Shown: piece after piece, positions 36,882 to 47,088 of the stretch
Numbering within the stretch: position 1 is the stretch's first letter
Layout: each line of letters opens with the position of its first letter
Source of the DNA: Deltaproteobacteria bacterium
Lineage (GTDB): Bacteria > Desulfobacterota > Syntrophobacteria > BM002
DNA length: 64,000 nt
Assembly: GCA_022340905.1 (NCBI GenBank)
Contig: JAJDNB010000037.1
Coordinates: forward strand, 2,150-66,149
Reading direction: 5' to 3'
Position numbers and translations under genes: made by a program
The notes under the pieces: model-generated
What the model saw: the letters and a program-made list of their open reading frames with translations, nothing else
Told to the model about the DNA's origin: nothing
Databases searched by the model: none

Positions 36882-37355
36882 TTATCTTGGGATGGTTTGC
36901 TTGATTCTATAGATGGGGGGTGAGCCGCCGTGTAAACGCTGGTAAGCCCTATGGATCACTTCTCTGGTCTCCTTTGTAAGTGTGTATTCGTCCAGAGCGG
37001 AGAAAGGTACCTGAGCACAAGAAATAGCATCACTACTGGCCTGCAATTTACCTCCCCTTTTACGACAGAGAAAGTCTAACAGTACATAATGGAACTGGAC
37101 CTGGCCCTCCCTGTCCAAAAAAATCCTATCCAATGTCGCAACTAACTCCAACACCTCAACTTCGAGTCCAATTTCTTCCCTAACCTCTCGTATAACAGCC
37201 TTTTCGAGCGTCTCTCCGAGTTCCACCACCCCTCCGGGTAGCGACCATTCTCCATAGGCTGGCGGTCTACCTCGGCGCACCAGTGCGATCCGGTCATTCT
37301 CTATGAGAATCGCAGCCACCCCAATTATTGGCCGTTCTGGGTAATCCCTCGGCAT
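36882..37355 (-). CDS. NUDIX hydrolase
   Basis: Nudix box [25 protein letters not shown]. Confidence 0.94.
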   Translation of the reverse strand: MPRDYPERPIIGVAAILIENDRIALVRRGRPPAYGEWSLPGGVVELGETLEKAVIREVREEIGLEVEVLELVATLDRIFLDREGQVQFHYVLLDFLCRKRGGKLQASSDAISCAQVPFSALDEYTLTKETREVIHRAYQRLHGGSPPIYRIKQTIPR

Positions 37356-37437
37356 GGCTAGCTACTTTCCATTGCAAGCATTCAGAACTTGTCGTCTCAA
37401 CCAAAGAGCACGAGAGCAGAGTGGTTGCCAATCACTC

Positions 37438-37520
37438 GATGTGTGATCTGAGATGTGGGATGTGGGATTGAAAAACCTAGTCCAGACTTTGTCACATCTC
37501 ATATCGCATATCCCGCATCC
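37438..37520. repeat. Family D inverted 7-bp-unit element
   Basis: gatgtgtgatctgagatgtgggatgtgggat ... tcacatctcatatcgcatatcccgcatcc. Confidence 0.8.
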
Positions 37521-37580
37521 GATTCCTAAATCGGTTTCGCGCTCGGGCGGTATAATCGCCCTCCTTGTGTTGACTCGATC

Positions 37581-38216
37581 TTAGGGTTTACATCGGCGCC
37601 CCGGGCTAAAACCTTGGTACAAAGCTTCATAACGGCTTTCAAAAATAACTCGGTTATGACCTGCGGTCTGAAGGCCAAACTGGCAATGAGGTCGATGGAA
37701 TACCCAACTCCGTTTGTTCCCCAGGTAAAACTTTTCGGGTTTGGCAACAGGTAGCGACCAGATACCCTTCTTCTCTTTCAAGGCCCGACGTTGCAGATTC
37801 AGCATTCTTTGCCAGTAGCGTACCCTTGACTGGCCACGCATGAGATGCGCATAGCCCTGGTGAATCAGTTCACCATTGACGAATGTACCATCTTCAAGAA
37901 AAACATAAGCCAGCAGCCGACCATAGTGGTCGCGTGACTCCTCTGCCAACTCGAGGGTCAGCCAATGGCCCATTACCAACTTCCGGTTGAATGTTCGGGC
38001 CTCATCACCAAAGGGCTCGCCGGGTTCATCATCGTGAACTACTTCAGGAGCATTTATGCCAGCATAGCGCAGCCTTTCACCACCCATGAGAACTACTGTG
38101 TCACCATCAACCACCCAGCGCACTTGGGCACATTTTTCAGCCCCATACACTACCGAGGCGGCCAGGATGCAGGCTATTGAAATAAGATGGAGTGTAAGTG
38201 TAAGGCGCTTGAACAT
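37581..38216 (-). CDS. Thermonuclease (SNase) family protein with a C-terminal Ada-like metal-binding domain
   Basis: VVDGDT, RYAGINAPE and DHYGRLLAYV motifs; C-terminal FHRPHC...CKP. Confidence 0.9.
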   Translation of the reverse strand: MFKRLTLTLHLISIACILAASVVYGAEKCAQVRWVVDGDTVVLMGGERLRYAGINAPEVVHDDEPGEPFGDEARTFNRKLVMGHWLTLELAEESRDHYGRLLAYVFLEDGTFVNGELIHQGYAHLMRGQSRVRYWQRMLNLQRRALKEKKGIWSLPVAKPEKFYLGNKRSWVFHRPHCQFGLQTAGHNRVIFESRYEALYQGFSPGRRCKP

Positions 38217-38226
38217 ATTTAATCCA

Positions 38227-38296
38227 GTTTTCAGGTGTCAGGTTTCGGGTTTCAGATGTGAGGAAAAAAGAATCTGAAACCTTAACACTGAAACCT
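38227..38296. repeat. Inverted 7-bp-unit element (GTKTCAG / CTGAMAC), family G
   Basis: tttcaggtgtcaggtttcgggtttcag ... ctgaaaccttaacactgaaacct. Confidence 0.78.
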
Positions 38297-38302
38297 TATT
38301 AT

Positions 38303-39004
38303 TTACCCGCGTCGGTGGCCACAGCGACGATCCACTTCTGCCATCATCTCGTTGAGTCGATCTTGAACCAGCTGTCTGTACCTTTCCAGAGCCTGACCTG
38401 AGCTGTCAGCAGGAACATAGATGGGCTCACCAAAGGCTATGCAGACCTTGCTCCAGGGAAGAGGAAGCATAGTCTTGTCCCAACTATCCCTGATGGTTAT
38501 TACGCGGTTGCCTGACCAGATAAGGGGAATGAGTGGCGCACCGCTGAGTTTGGCTAGGTGGATCATACCTTTCTTCGCAACGTAGGCTGGCCCTCTGGGA
38601 CCATCGAGGACCGTCGCACATCTCTTTCCTCCCCTCACCATATAGGCTCTCATTTGCTCCAAAGCATCTCGCCCGCCCTTGTGCGAAGAACCGCGGGCAG
38701 GAACAACACCAAAGCCAGCGGCGTATTGGGTTAGCATTTCCCCGTCTTTACTCTGGCTTATCATTATCATGGGACGAAGGTCACCAAAAAAATAAAGAAA
38801 GTAGATGGACGCCCGATGCCAGGTGCCGGCAACGATAGGCCTGTCTGTAAGGAAGTACTCACGGTAGATCCGTTCATTGACCATTGTCACCCGGCAGGTG
38901 CTAAACCATAGACGTACAACTGGAACCAAAATCTTCCGGATAAGACGGCTGACAAAGGTGTCGTGAGCAAAATCTCGAACTCGAAATGTTCTTCTTCCAC
39001 CCAA
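38303..39004 (-). CDS. DUF374 / lysophospholipid acyltransferase family protein
   Basis: WH, ISQSKDGE, RGSSHKGG, DGPRGP and WDKTMLPLPW motifs. Confidence 0.9.
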   Translation of the reverse strand: MGGRRTFRVRDFAHDTFVSRLIRKILVPVVRLWFSTCRVTMVNERIYREYFLTDRPIVAGTWHRASIYFLYFFGDLRPMIMISQSKDGEMLTQYAAGFGVVPARGSSHKGGRDALEQMRAYMVRGGKRCATVLDGPRGPAYVAKKGMIHLAKLSGAPLIPLIWSGNRVITIRDSWDKTMLPLPWSKVCIAFGEPIYVPADSSGQALERYRQLVQDRLNEMMAEVDRRCGHRRG

Positions 39005-39053
39005 TGATCGCCACCGTTACCTGATGCCTAACCCAACGAATCTGATAGCCAGT

Positions 39054-39220
39054 AATCCAAATCCAAAATTCCAAACCTCAAACACCCAATTACGAGGTTT
39101 TAGGTTTCAGTGCTCAGGTTTCAGGTTTTTCTTTTTGTTCTTCTTTTGCTGACGCCTGAAACCTGACACCAGAAACCTAAATACTCAAGTCCACAATCTG
39201 CAGTCTGCAATCCAAAATCT
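39054..39220. repeat. Family G hairpin (39095-39178) lying inside an AATCYRM-type tract
   Basis: aatccaaatccaaaattcc [aggttttaggtttcagtgctcaggtttcag ... ctgacgcctgaaacctgacaccagaaacct] caatctgcagtctgcaatccaaaatc. Confidence 0.75.
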
Positions 39221-40303
39221 TCAATCTAATAACTCCAAGACCTTTTGATCCAATATTGCAGAAAGACCGCCTCTCTCTGCTGGAATAAATCCGAGAGCTT
39301 CGCGCCAGACATCGTTGCTTTCCATGCACAAATAGATGCACAAATCTGGAGCGACTTTGAGCAACAAATCCTTTAGGCGTGAATACATCTCCACCCGGAG
39401 GTCTCGGAAATAACGCAGTTTTCCGTCCAGTCCCGGGACAAACTCTTCATCCAGAATTGTACTGCCGCGATGGTCTTGTTTAATTATAGCTTTAAGTGGC
39501 GGCATGAACCGGAGACTACCCAGACTGATCCACGCCACAACACCTGGATCCACCACTGAAAAGAGGCGATCCACAACCTCAGCGTAACCCCCTTTCCACC
39601 TAGGGTAAGCAAGAAGGGGATCAAAGTGAAAAGCCAGGCGATAGCCCCAATCCTGGCAACGGCGAGCTGCCGCAAGCCTTTCTTCCAAGGAGGAGGCAGT
39701 CCCTTCCTCCCGGTCGATCACCTCAGGTGGATTGAGCGACCAAGCAACAATAGTGCGTCCTCGGTGATCCAGTTTTTCGAGTAGGTCAACTTGTGAGGTC
39801 TTGGTTTTCAATTCGAGAACAGCACTGGGTTGCTTAGCGAAAAACGGTACCAAAAGCTCGCTCGCACGAGTCAAGTGATCCAAGAGCAGACTGTCGGTAA
39901 ACTCCCCGGTTCCGATGCGGTGCACTTTTCTGCGGGAGGTCCTGAGATGATCATCTAACTGTTGAAGCAAGTCGTCGAAATTGGCAAATAGCCTCACGTT
40001 GGAATTGGGGAAATAGACCTGGAGTATACAGTAGGAGCAACCAAGAGAACATTGGTTGGCAAAATTTAGTATCTGGTAGCCGCAACAGTTGTAGAAGCGC
40101 GTTCCCGGGCAGGCTTTTACAAAACGTCCCCTGAATCTTGCTACTTCCAGAGTTTTACTTGTTTCACTTTTCCTATCTTCACCGAACCGATCTACCCATT
40201 GCACCGGGATTTCAGGTAGACTTGCCAGGATCCCTCGAACCATTGGGCTCCCAGCAACCTCCTTTTCAATTACCAACCTCTCGGGATGATACGCCACTCG
40301 CAC
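39221..40303 (-). CDS. Spore photoproduct lyase-like radical SAM protein
   Basis: CSLGCSYC (CxxxCxxC), GTGEFTDSL, ELKTK, WSLNP, FHFDP and YLCME motifs. Confidence 0.88.
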   Translation of the reverse strand: MRVAYHPERLVIEKEVAGSPMVRGILASLPEIPVQWVDRFGEDRKSETSKTLEVARFRGRFVKACPGTRFYNCCGYQILNFANQCSLGCSYCILQVYFPNSNVRLFANFDDLLQQLDDHLRTSRRKVHRIGTGEFTDSLLLDHLTRASELLVPFFAKQPSAVLELKTKTSQVDLLEKLDHRGRTIVAWSLNPPEVIDREEGTASSLEERLAAARRCQDWGYRLAFHFDPLLAYPRWKGGYAEVVDRLFSVVDPGVVAWISLGSLRFMPPLKAIIKQDHRGSTILDEEFVPGLDGKLRYFRDLRVEMYSRLKDLLLKVAPDLCIYLCMESNDVWREALGFIPAERGGLSAILDQKVLELLD

Positions 40304-41261
40304 TTTCCATTATGGTTTGGAGTTTGGGCTGATCGGCTAGTAGGACCATATGTCGCAGCCGACTTGCTAACTCCTCGGCTCGCTCAAAGGTGCATTCCAA
40401 AATCCACTTGGGCCCCTCAAAGTAAGGCGGAGGTACCAGTCGCACTCCAGAGGGCAGACCGAGTTGCCTTGTCTCCTGGGCAAACCTCTCCCTGCGGGCG
40501 GTGAGGCGGGGATTGCATCGGTCCCGCAGGTACTTTCTAATTTTTTGGGCGCGCTGCCGTGCAGGACTCTCGTGGGCTTGACGCAGTGTTGTGACCTCCT
40601 TACTGCTCAAAACCTGTTGAGGGGTAAGATTTTCTCTCCGGGAAATGTCCTCAACCGTTTCTACTAATTCCTCCTGGACACTCACGCTGAAAGGAAGCTC
40701 CTCAAATAAACGCAAGTAGGCAAGCCGGTCCTCTTTTTCCTGCTTGGCCAAAACAAAACCAATGCGTTCGTTGAGTCTGCCCGTAGCCAGGGAATCTAGT
40801 ATCATCTCCTCCAGATCATGCAAGCCGAGGTAACGGTCAAAAAGTGTAACACTGGGTTCCAAATCCAGAACGGGCATGAACTCATCAACGAGTTGTGGCT
40901 CCTCCAAGTATTTCGCCATCTTAGCAAGAACCAAAGACTTCTCTACTGGATTTAAAGTCCTTTGAGCCACGTTGTCGTAAATTGCCAGCCGAAGGCATGT
41001 TTGATGTTCTAGAAAGCTTGGCAGCACCTGACAGGGTGATAAGTCTAAACCGATCTTCTTGCAGGCAGCCAATCGACGGCTTCCGCAGACGATCCTGAAG
41101 AGACCATTTTTTTTGCCCTGCAGCAGGGGTGGCGCAATCAAGCCGACGGTTTGAATGGAAAGCAGAAGTTTATGGGGAAGAGGCCCATAAGTAATCAGAC
41201 AGGAGGTATCATTCCAATCTATTTGGTCAAGTTGGATGGAACGTGATTCCGTCTCAAACAT
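40266..41261 (-). CDS. ParB/Srx N-terminal domain protein
   Basis: LLLSIQTVGLIAPP, IVCGSRRL and DN..QRTLNPVEK motifs. Confidence 0.8.
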   Translation of the reverse strand: MFETESRSIQLDQIDWNDTSCLITYGPLPHKLLLSIQTVGLIAPPLLQGKKNGLFRIVCGSRRLAACKKIGLDLSPCQVLPSFLEHQTCLRLAIYDNVAQRTLNPVEKSLVLAKMAKYLEEPQLVDEFMPVLDLEPSVTLFDRYLGLHDLEEMILDSLATGRLNERIGFVLAKQEKEDRLAYLRLFEELPFSVSVQEELVETVEDISRRENLTPQQVLSSKEVTTLRQAHESPARQRAQKIRKYLRDRCNPRLTARRERFAQETRQLGLPSGVRLVPPPYFEGPKWILECTFERAEELASRLRHMVLLADQPKLQTIMESASGVSSREVGN

Positions 41262-41271
41262 AATCCCTCTC

Positions 41272-41457
41272 CTAGCCCGGATATTTCATGAATTGCTGTT
41301 GCGAGACCGCGAAGATGGGCTTACTACTGGGTAACCACAGGGTGTTGGTTTCGAGGCGTACCTGAATGGTACGCCGCAGGAGCCAACACTCGAGGACGCC
41401 CGGAAGGACGGCCAGATCCGTGGTCGTAGTAAGCCATTCATGAAATATCCGGGCTAG
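41272..41457. mobile_element. 186-bp MITE, copy 3
   Basis: CTAG-CCCGGATATTTCATGAAT ... ATTCATGAAATATCCGGG-CTAG; one CTAG holds the purC stop and the other overlaps the next gene's RBS. Confidence 0.9.
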
Positions 41458-42341
41458 CCTTGGGTAAGACGTTCAAGTGCCTCCAAGTAACGGGTCCTGG
41501 TGTTCTGCACTACCTCGTCAGGAAGCGGAGGGGCTGGCGGCTTGTGATTCCAACCGCTTCGGTCAAGGTAATCCCGCAAGTACTGCTTGTCATAACTCTC
41601 CTGACTCCGACCCGGCTCATACTTGTCTGCTGGCCAGAATCTCGAGGAATCTGGGGTAAGTACTTCATCTATTAAAGTAAGTCTATTCCCTATTGTGCCG
41701 AATTCAAACTTTGTATCGGCTATGATTATGCCACTCTCGCGAGCAATAGCTGCCCCTTTCTGGTACAAAGCTATGCTGAGATCCCGAAGTTTTTCTGCCA
41801 AGTTCGTCCCCACCTTTTCACTCAAGGTGGCAAAATCTATGTTCTCATCGTGGAGACCCCGCTCAGCCTTTGTTGAGGGGGTAAAGATGGGCGATTCCAG
41901 GCGAGAGGACTCCAAAAGTCCCACGGGAAGATTAATTCCGCATACAGATCCCTCTCTCTCATAATCCTTCCAACCGGATCCGCTGAGATAACCACGCACA
42001 ATACATTCCACCGGCAGAGGTTTAGCTTTGGTCACCAGCATACTGCGACCCCTCAATTCCGCCGCATACGGGAGGCATTGTTCGGGATACTCATCAACCT
42101 TCACAGTTACCAGGTGGTTATCCACCACGTCGGCCAGAGCCTCAAACCAGAAGGTGGAGATTTTGGTCAAAATCCTGCCTTTGTCAGGAATTGGCGTGGG
42201 CATTACCACGTCATAGGCAGAGATTCTGTCAGTGGCAACTATGAGCAACTGTTCCCCCAAGTCATAAATGTCGCGTACCTTTCCCCTTCCGCGCAGGGTA
42301 AGGTCAGGAAAATTGGTCTGAAACATCAGCACAGACGTCAT
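41454..42341 (-). CDS. purC: SAICAR synthetase
   Basis: [31 protein letters not shown] and [12 protein letters not shown] motifs. Confidence 0.97.
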   Translation of the reverse strand: MTSVLMFQTNFPDLTLRGRGKVRDIYDLGEQLLIVATDRISAYDVVMPTPIPDKGRILTKISTFWFEALADVVDNHLVTVKVDEYPEQCLPYAAELRGRSMLVTKAKPLPVECIVRGYLSGSGWKDYEREGSVCGINLPVGLLESSRLESPIFTPSTKAERGLHDENIDFATLSEKVGTNLAEKLRDLSIALYQKGAAIARESGIIIADTKFEFGTIGNRLTLIDEVLTPDSSRFWPADKYEPGRSQESYDKQYLRDYLDRSGWNHKPPAPPLPDEVVQNTRTRYLEALERLTQG

Positions 42342-42377
42342 ATTATCCTTCCTCCACCTAATCACCTTTGAAATTAG

Positions 42378-42467
42378 ACCACAAAGTACACAAAGAGCAC
42401 AAAGAATGAAAAAAACAGGAGATTAGACCGCCACTGAATCCTTTGTGTCCTTTGTGATCTTTGCGGT
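42378..42467. repeat. Family A element, copy 5
   Basis: accacaaagtacacaaagagcacaaag ... ctttgtgtcctttgtgatctttgcggt. Confidence 0.9.
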
Positions 42468-42558
42468 TGTAACTTTGCGGCCCTACCGGATACTAGAACG
42501 GACAAAGGGGCGGCCCAACGCGCTTTGAGGACCGCCCCCCTAATGATGAGAGTCGATT

Positions 42559-44547
42559 TTATCCGATTACTGCCAGAGTGTTGCCTTTCTGAACTGAATC
42601 ACCACTTTTGAACGGTATCGACAGGACAGTCCCGGAGATAGGGGCAGTAATGGAATTCTCCATCTTCATAGCCTCTAGAATGAGGATGACATCCCCCTCA
42701 TTTACCGAGTCCCCCTCATTGACTTCATAGCGGATTACCATTCCCGGCATGGGCGCCTCAATAGGAGTGCCCTCTGCAGCAGGCTTAGCAACGGGCTTGG
42801 CCGGTTCGGGTGCTGCCGCGGGTGCTGGTGCTCGAGGAGCAGGAGCAGTCACTGGCGCAGTAGTCGGCGCCGCTGGTTGCGGCATCATAGGGGCAACCGC
42901 GGTCACGACTGGTGCTCCTCCCACTTCATCTACCTCCACTTCAAAGTAGTCGCCGTCCACAAATACATTGAAGGTTCGAACCCCCGGGCCCTTTTCCGGT
43001 GCTGCCTTTTCCACCTTCTCAATTAATTTACCAGCTTTGGCCAGAGCTACCAAATGCTCCAATTCCTTGACTTCTTCCAAAGTCTTAGGTTTGACTTCGG
43101 CCGGGATTTCTTCCAGGCCATATTTCCATTTCAAAAATCGAACCCCCGTGGTGGGATAAAGGGCAACAATGAGCAGATCGTCTATATCTTTGGCCAGGTC
43201 GCCTGCCACAGCCTTGGCTTTATCCAGTTCGGGTTCCAGGACATCAGCCGGTCTGACCTTGATGGGTTTTTCCCCGCGCTCGTAGCCCTTCAAGGCCTTC
43301 TTACGAACCTCTGGATCAATGGGCACAGGTGTCTCGCCGTAGAGGCCGTAACAGAGATCCTTGACCTGTGCGGTGATCATTTTGTAGCGTTCGTCTTTGC
43401 TATCAAAGAGAACATTGTTAACCGTCTGAATTCCAACAATCTGACTTGTGGGAGTTACTAAGGGTACCTGCCCCAACTCTTTCCGGACTCGGGGAAGTTC
43501 CTTGAAAACCTCGTCAATGCGATCCAAGGCATCCATTTCCCTGAGCTGGTTTACCAGATTGGAGAGCATGCCCCCTGGAGTCTGATGGAGAAGCACGTTG
43601 ATATCTATGACCGAAAGCTTGGTGTCATCCAAGAGATGCCTATATTTGGGAGTCACTTTTTCTATATGCTGAGAGAGAGCTGCCAGCTGTACGATGTCAA
43701 AGCCGGTATCCCTGTTTGTTCCCTTGAGCGTCATTACCAGGGGTTCAGTAGCCGGGTGTGAGGTCCGGTACGCCCAAGGTGACAGTACAGTGTCAACAAT
43801 GTCCACTCCTGCCTCTATAGCCTTTAACAGGGCCATGTCTGACTGGCCGGATGTGAAGTGGCTGTGGAGGTGAATGGGCACTTTCACCTGTTCCTTAAGG
43901 GCCTTTACCAACATATAGGCATCATAGGGAGAGATAAGACCTGCCATATCCTTAATACATACAGTGTCTGCCCCCATATCCTCCAGCTGTTTGGCCTTCT
44001 TAACGTAGTATTCGGTATTATAGACCGGCCCTCCCATGCGGGGCTCTGTGAGAGAATAGCAGATGGCTCCCTGAAAATGTTTGCCCATTTTTTTAATTAC
44101 CGGCACAACCGTAGAAAAATTTCGCAGATCATTCACCGCATCAAAAACCCGAAAAACATCGATACCGTTTTCAGCTGCTCGCTCCACGAATATCTTGGCC
44201 ACATCGTCGGCGTAGTTGCGATAGCCCACCAGATTCTGCCCGCGAAGCAACATCTGCAGCGGAGTTTTCTTGAGGTACTTTTTCAATGTTCGCGGTCTTT
44301 CCCATGGATCTTCCCCGAGGAATCGGTGCATGGTGTCGAAAGTTGCACCACCCCACACGCCCAAGGCCCAGAAACCCACCTTATCCATCTCTTCCGCTAT
44401 GGGTATCATGTCTTCGGTGCGCCCGCGGGTAGCGAAGATTGATTGGTGCGCATCACGAAAGGTCAAATCTTGAATCTTGACCGGATTGGTCACTTTTACT
44501 TTCTCTTCTAACAATCCGGCCGTAAGTTTACCGTGTTTGTCTGCCAT
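42559..44547 (-). CDS. Pyruvate carboxylase subunit B / oxaloacetate decarboxylase alpha-like carboxyltransferase with a biotin carrier domain
   Basis: RDAHQS, WGGATFD, QMLLRGQN, IKDMAG, HLHSH and LVTPTSQIVG motifs; C-terminal EAMKM. Confidence 0.93.
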   Translation of the reverse strand: MADKHGKLTAGLLEEKVKVTNPVKIQDLTFRDAHQSIFATRGRTEDMIPIAEEMDKVGFWALGVWGGATFDTMHRFLGEDPWERPRTLKKYLKKTPLQMLLRGQNLVGYRNYADDVAKIFVERAAENGIDVFRVFDAVNDLRNFSTVVPVIKKMGKHFQGAICYSLTEPRMGGPVYNTEYYVKKAKQLEDMGADTVCIKDMAGLISPYDAYMLVKALKEQVKVPIHLHSHFTSGQSDMALLKAIEAGVDIVDTVLSPWAYRTSHPATEPLVMTLKGTNRDTGFDIVQLAALSQHIEKVTPKYRHLLDDTKLSVIDINVLLHQTPGGMLSNLVNQLREMDALDRIDEVFKELPRVRKELGQVPLVTPTSQIVGIQTVNNVLFDSKDERYKMITAQVKDLCYGLYGETPVPIDPEVRKKALKGYERGEKPIKVRPADVLEPELDKAKAVAGDLAKDIDDLLIVALYPTTGVRFLKWKYGLEEIPAEVKPKTLEEVKELEHLVALAKAGKLIEKVEKAAPEKGPGVRTFNVFVDGDYFEVEVDEVGGAPVVTAVAPMMPQPAAPTTAPVTAPAPRAPAPAAAPEPAKPVAKPAAEGTPIEAPMPGMVIRYEVNEGDSVNEGDVILILEAMKMENSITAPISGTVLSIPFKSGDSVQKGNTLAVIG

Positions 44548-44700
44548 AATTCTCTCCTCTTAGTCTCTCCTGCCAATTTTTAAAACTCTGAGCCGAAGCA
44601 AGGTCGTTCCGTGGTATGTTTTCAATACCTATCAAAAGGAACAGAAAAAATACAACCAGCAGAATGATTGATAACGCCGATCCTCTAAAGCCCTATAAAA

Positions 44701-44919
44701 CTAGCGCATTATACGCATTTGAAGCAGCCGGCGCATCTCCATCCCAGCCTGCCTCCCCGAGGCGGACCATAGGCTTACTGCGCCCACAGCCGGTGCAGAT
44801 ACCGGCCTGCTTACCGCTGCCATTGCCAGTTGTTGTTCTTCTTGGCTCCTCAGGTATCGATAGACTGCGGTAACCGCCGCAATCATGCGTTTCTTTTTCC
44901 ATGCGTCCATTGTCATCAA
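44701..44919 (-). CDS. Small protein resembling carboxylase accessory (epsilon-like) subunits
   Basis: IAAVTAV...Ala/Pro linker...SLWSASGR pattern; directly upstream of the carboxyltransferase. Confidence 0.6.
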   Translation of the reverse strand: MMTMDAWKKKRMIAAVTAVYRYLRSQEEQQLAMAAVSRPVSAPAVGAVSLWSASGRQAGMEMRRLLQMRIMR

Positions 44920-44973
44920 ATAGATCCTTGCTTTCCTGAACTTCTTCCACCCAATCCAAATGGCTTAATTGTC

Positions 44974-45053
44974 ACCACAGAGTACACAAAGAGCACAAAG
45001 GAAATAAGGATACTGAATTCGTCTTTCTTTGTGTTCTTCGCGGTCTTTGTGGT
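44974..45053. repeat. Family A element, copy 6
   Basis: accacagagtacacaaagagcacaaag ... ctttgtgttcttcgcggtctttgtggt. Confidence 0.9.
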
Positions 45054-45124
45054 TTACTTATATCTTTGTAATTTCAACCAAAATTAATTTAGGCCACTCA
45101 CTGCCAAGGTTTGGCCTTACGCGA

Positions 45125-45679
45125 TCAAAGGCCAAGTTTGTCGCTAATCCCCTGCATGGCTTTGAGGCTGAGTTCAGCAAAATCAGCCAGGTCCACTCCG
45201 ATTTCCTCACAGAGCCGGATCTGCTCTCGATTAACCCGTCTGGCAAAATCTTTTTGTTTCAGCCGCTTCAAGATGGATTTGGGTTTAACACTTTCCAAAC
45301 GCTTATCAGGGTAAACGAGTGCCGTGGCTATAACCATGCCGGTAATGGATTCGGCGCAAGTGAGGGCGAAATCGAGCCTGGACTGTCTCTCCAGACCCAA
45401 GACCTCAGCATTGTGCGCTTTGATAGCGCTGATCACCTCAGCGGGCAAGTCGCTGTCGGCCAGAATGGCAGCCGTCTTTAGGCCATGTGCGGAGGGATTT
45501 TCAGCCGTCTCCTCATAGTCCAAGTCGTGCAGAAGACCTGCAATGCCCCATAACTCCACGGGTTCATCTAACCGCTCTGCCAAAGCCCGCATTACTGCTT
45601 CAGTGGCAAGGCAGTGTTTTTTCAAATTGTCAGCCCTTAGGTGGCTTTCGAGCAAATCGAGAGCTTGGTGACGATCCAT
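45125..45679 (-). CDS. HDIG domain hydrolase
   Basis: KHCLATEAVM, GLLHDLDYE, HG and IKAHN motifs. Confidence 0.92.
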   Translation of the reverse strand: MDRHQALDLLESHLRADNLKKHCLATEAVMRALAERLDEPVELWGIAGLLHDLDYEETAENPSAHGLKTAAILADSDLPAEVISAIKAHNAEVLGLERQSRLDFALTCAESITGMVIATALVYPDKRLESVKPKSILKRLKQKDFARRVNREQIRLCEEIGVDLADFAELSLKAMQGISDKLGL

Positions 45680-45720
45680 CTTCTAACTCGCAGTTTCTTG
45701 ATGAATAAAAGGAAGTATTA

Positions 45721-45820
45721 ACCACAGAGTTCACAGAGGCCACAGAGTAATTAAAAAATTCTAACCCGGCTTGACTCAATCTTATATATCTTCCTTTGTG
45801 TTCTCTGTGTGCTCTGTGGT
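45721..45820. repeat. Family A element, copy 7
   Basis: accacagagttcacagaggccacagag ... ctttgtgttctctgtgtgctctgtggt. Confidence 0.9.
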
Positions 45821-45847
45821 TCAAATGGTGCCGTCTCAAGGAATAGT

Positions 45848-46186
45848 CTATGCTGCCTTGGTGGCCCGACGGGTCTTCTTTTTCAGCCGATTAATCTTCT
45901 TCCTGAGTATTTGCACCTTACCTTTTTCTCCCGCCTCCCTCATTGCTTCTTTCTGGCTCCGGAGCTCCCTTATCTTCTTCTTAATGCTGCGAACGTCCAC
46001 GCTCTTGTCGCGCTTTTTTTCACCTTCCACTCCTTGCGCCTCCTTGATGGCGGCAACGAGCTCACTTTTATTCATGGCATGAACGCCGACGATACCCTCC
46101 ATACCGAGGGCCATCTCTCGCAGTTCCTTGGCAGTCATTTTATCTAGGGGTTTTTCCTTCTTTTCCTTTTTCTCTTTTGTAGCCAT
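45848..46186 (-). CDS. Basic protein with a Rho N-terminal-like (HeH) domain
   Basis: LDKMTAKELREMA...GVHAMNKSELVAAI plus a basic helical tail; no ATPase domain. Confidence 0.8.
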   Translation of the reverse strand: MATKEKKEKKEKPLDKMTAKELREMALGMEGIVGVHAMNKSELVAAIKEAQGVEGEKKRDKSVDVRSIKKKIRELRSQKEAMREAGEKGKVQILRKKINRLKKKTRRATKAA

Positions 46187-46244
46187 TTACTTCCACTCCT
46201 CCGTTAGTCGAGCAAGGACAATCGGGTGTTTTGGGCACATCACC

Positions 46245-47030
46245 TTACTTGTCAGATTCGTCTTTTTTGCTCTTCTCGAGCACTTCCTTGAACTGAAGAA
46301 ATGGTTTGAACAAGTCTATTGGAATGGGGAAAAGGGTGGTTGAATTGTTTTCCGCCGAAACCTCCCTCAGTGTCTGAAGGTATCGCAACTGCAGGGCCAT
46401 GGGATGCTCAGCGATTATGCTCGCTGCTTCGGCTAAGCGGGCTGCCGCCTGGTGTTCACCTTCAGCATTTATAACCTTGGCACGTCTTTCCCTTTCAGCC
46501 TCGGCCTGCCTCGCCATAGCACGCTGCATGTCTTGGGGCAAATCGATGTGTTTGACTTCAACTGTGGTAACTTTAACGCCCCAGGGATCTGTGTGCTTGT
46601 CCAAAATCTCTTGCAGTTGGGTGTTTATCTTCTCTCTGTCAGACAGGAGTTCATCGAGCTCCGCCCCACCACAGACGCTTCGTAAGGTGGTCTGGGCCAA
46701 CTGAGAAGTAGCGTAGAGATAGTTTTCCACCTCCACTACCGCCTTAATTGAATCCATAACCCGGAAATAGATAACTGCATTTACCTTGACAGACACGTTG
46801 TCTCGAGTAATTACGTCCTGCGGCGGCACATCCATGGCCACCAGCCGCAGACTGATTTTCACCAGCCTGTCCACTACCGGTATTATGATAATGAGCCCCG
46901 GGCCTTTGGCTCTACTCATTACACGGCCTAAACGGAATACAACTCCCCTTTCGTACTCATTTAAGATCCTAATTGCACTGGCCAAAAAAAGGACCGCGAG
47001 TACTAGCAAAAATATAATTGAATAAGACAT
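46245..47030 (-). CDS. SPFH/stomatin (slipin) family protein
   Basis: [42 protein letters not shown] and LQLRYLQTL motifs. Confidence 0.95.
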   Translation of the reverse strand: MSYSIIFLLVLAVLFLASAIRILNEYERGVVFRLGRVMSRAKGPGLIIIIPVVDRLVKISLRLVAMDVPPQDVITRDNVSVKVNAVIYFRVMDSIKAVVEVENYLYATSQLAQTTLRSVCGGAELDELLSDREKINTQLQEILDKHTDPWGVKVTTVEVKHIDLPQDMQRAMARQAEAERERRAKVINAEGEHQAAARLAEAASIIAEHPMALQLRYLQTLREVSAENNSTTLFPIPIDLFKPFLQFKEVLEKSKKDESDK

Positions 47031-47088
47031 GGAGTCCTCCTGCCAAGGCAGCGAAAAATGCTGTAAATTCCCGCTGTCAGCGATCAAA

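Noticed and set aside
42770..42900. GC-rich low-complexity stretch in the carboxylase gene
   Set aside because: Ordinary Pro/Ala linker before the biotinyl domain.
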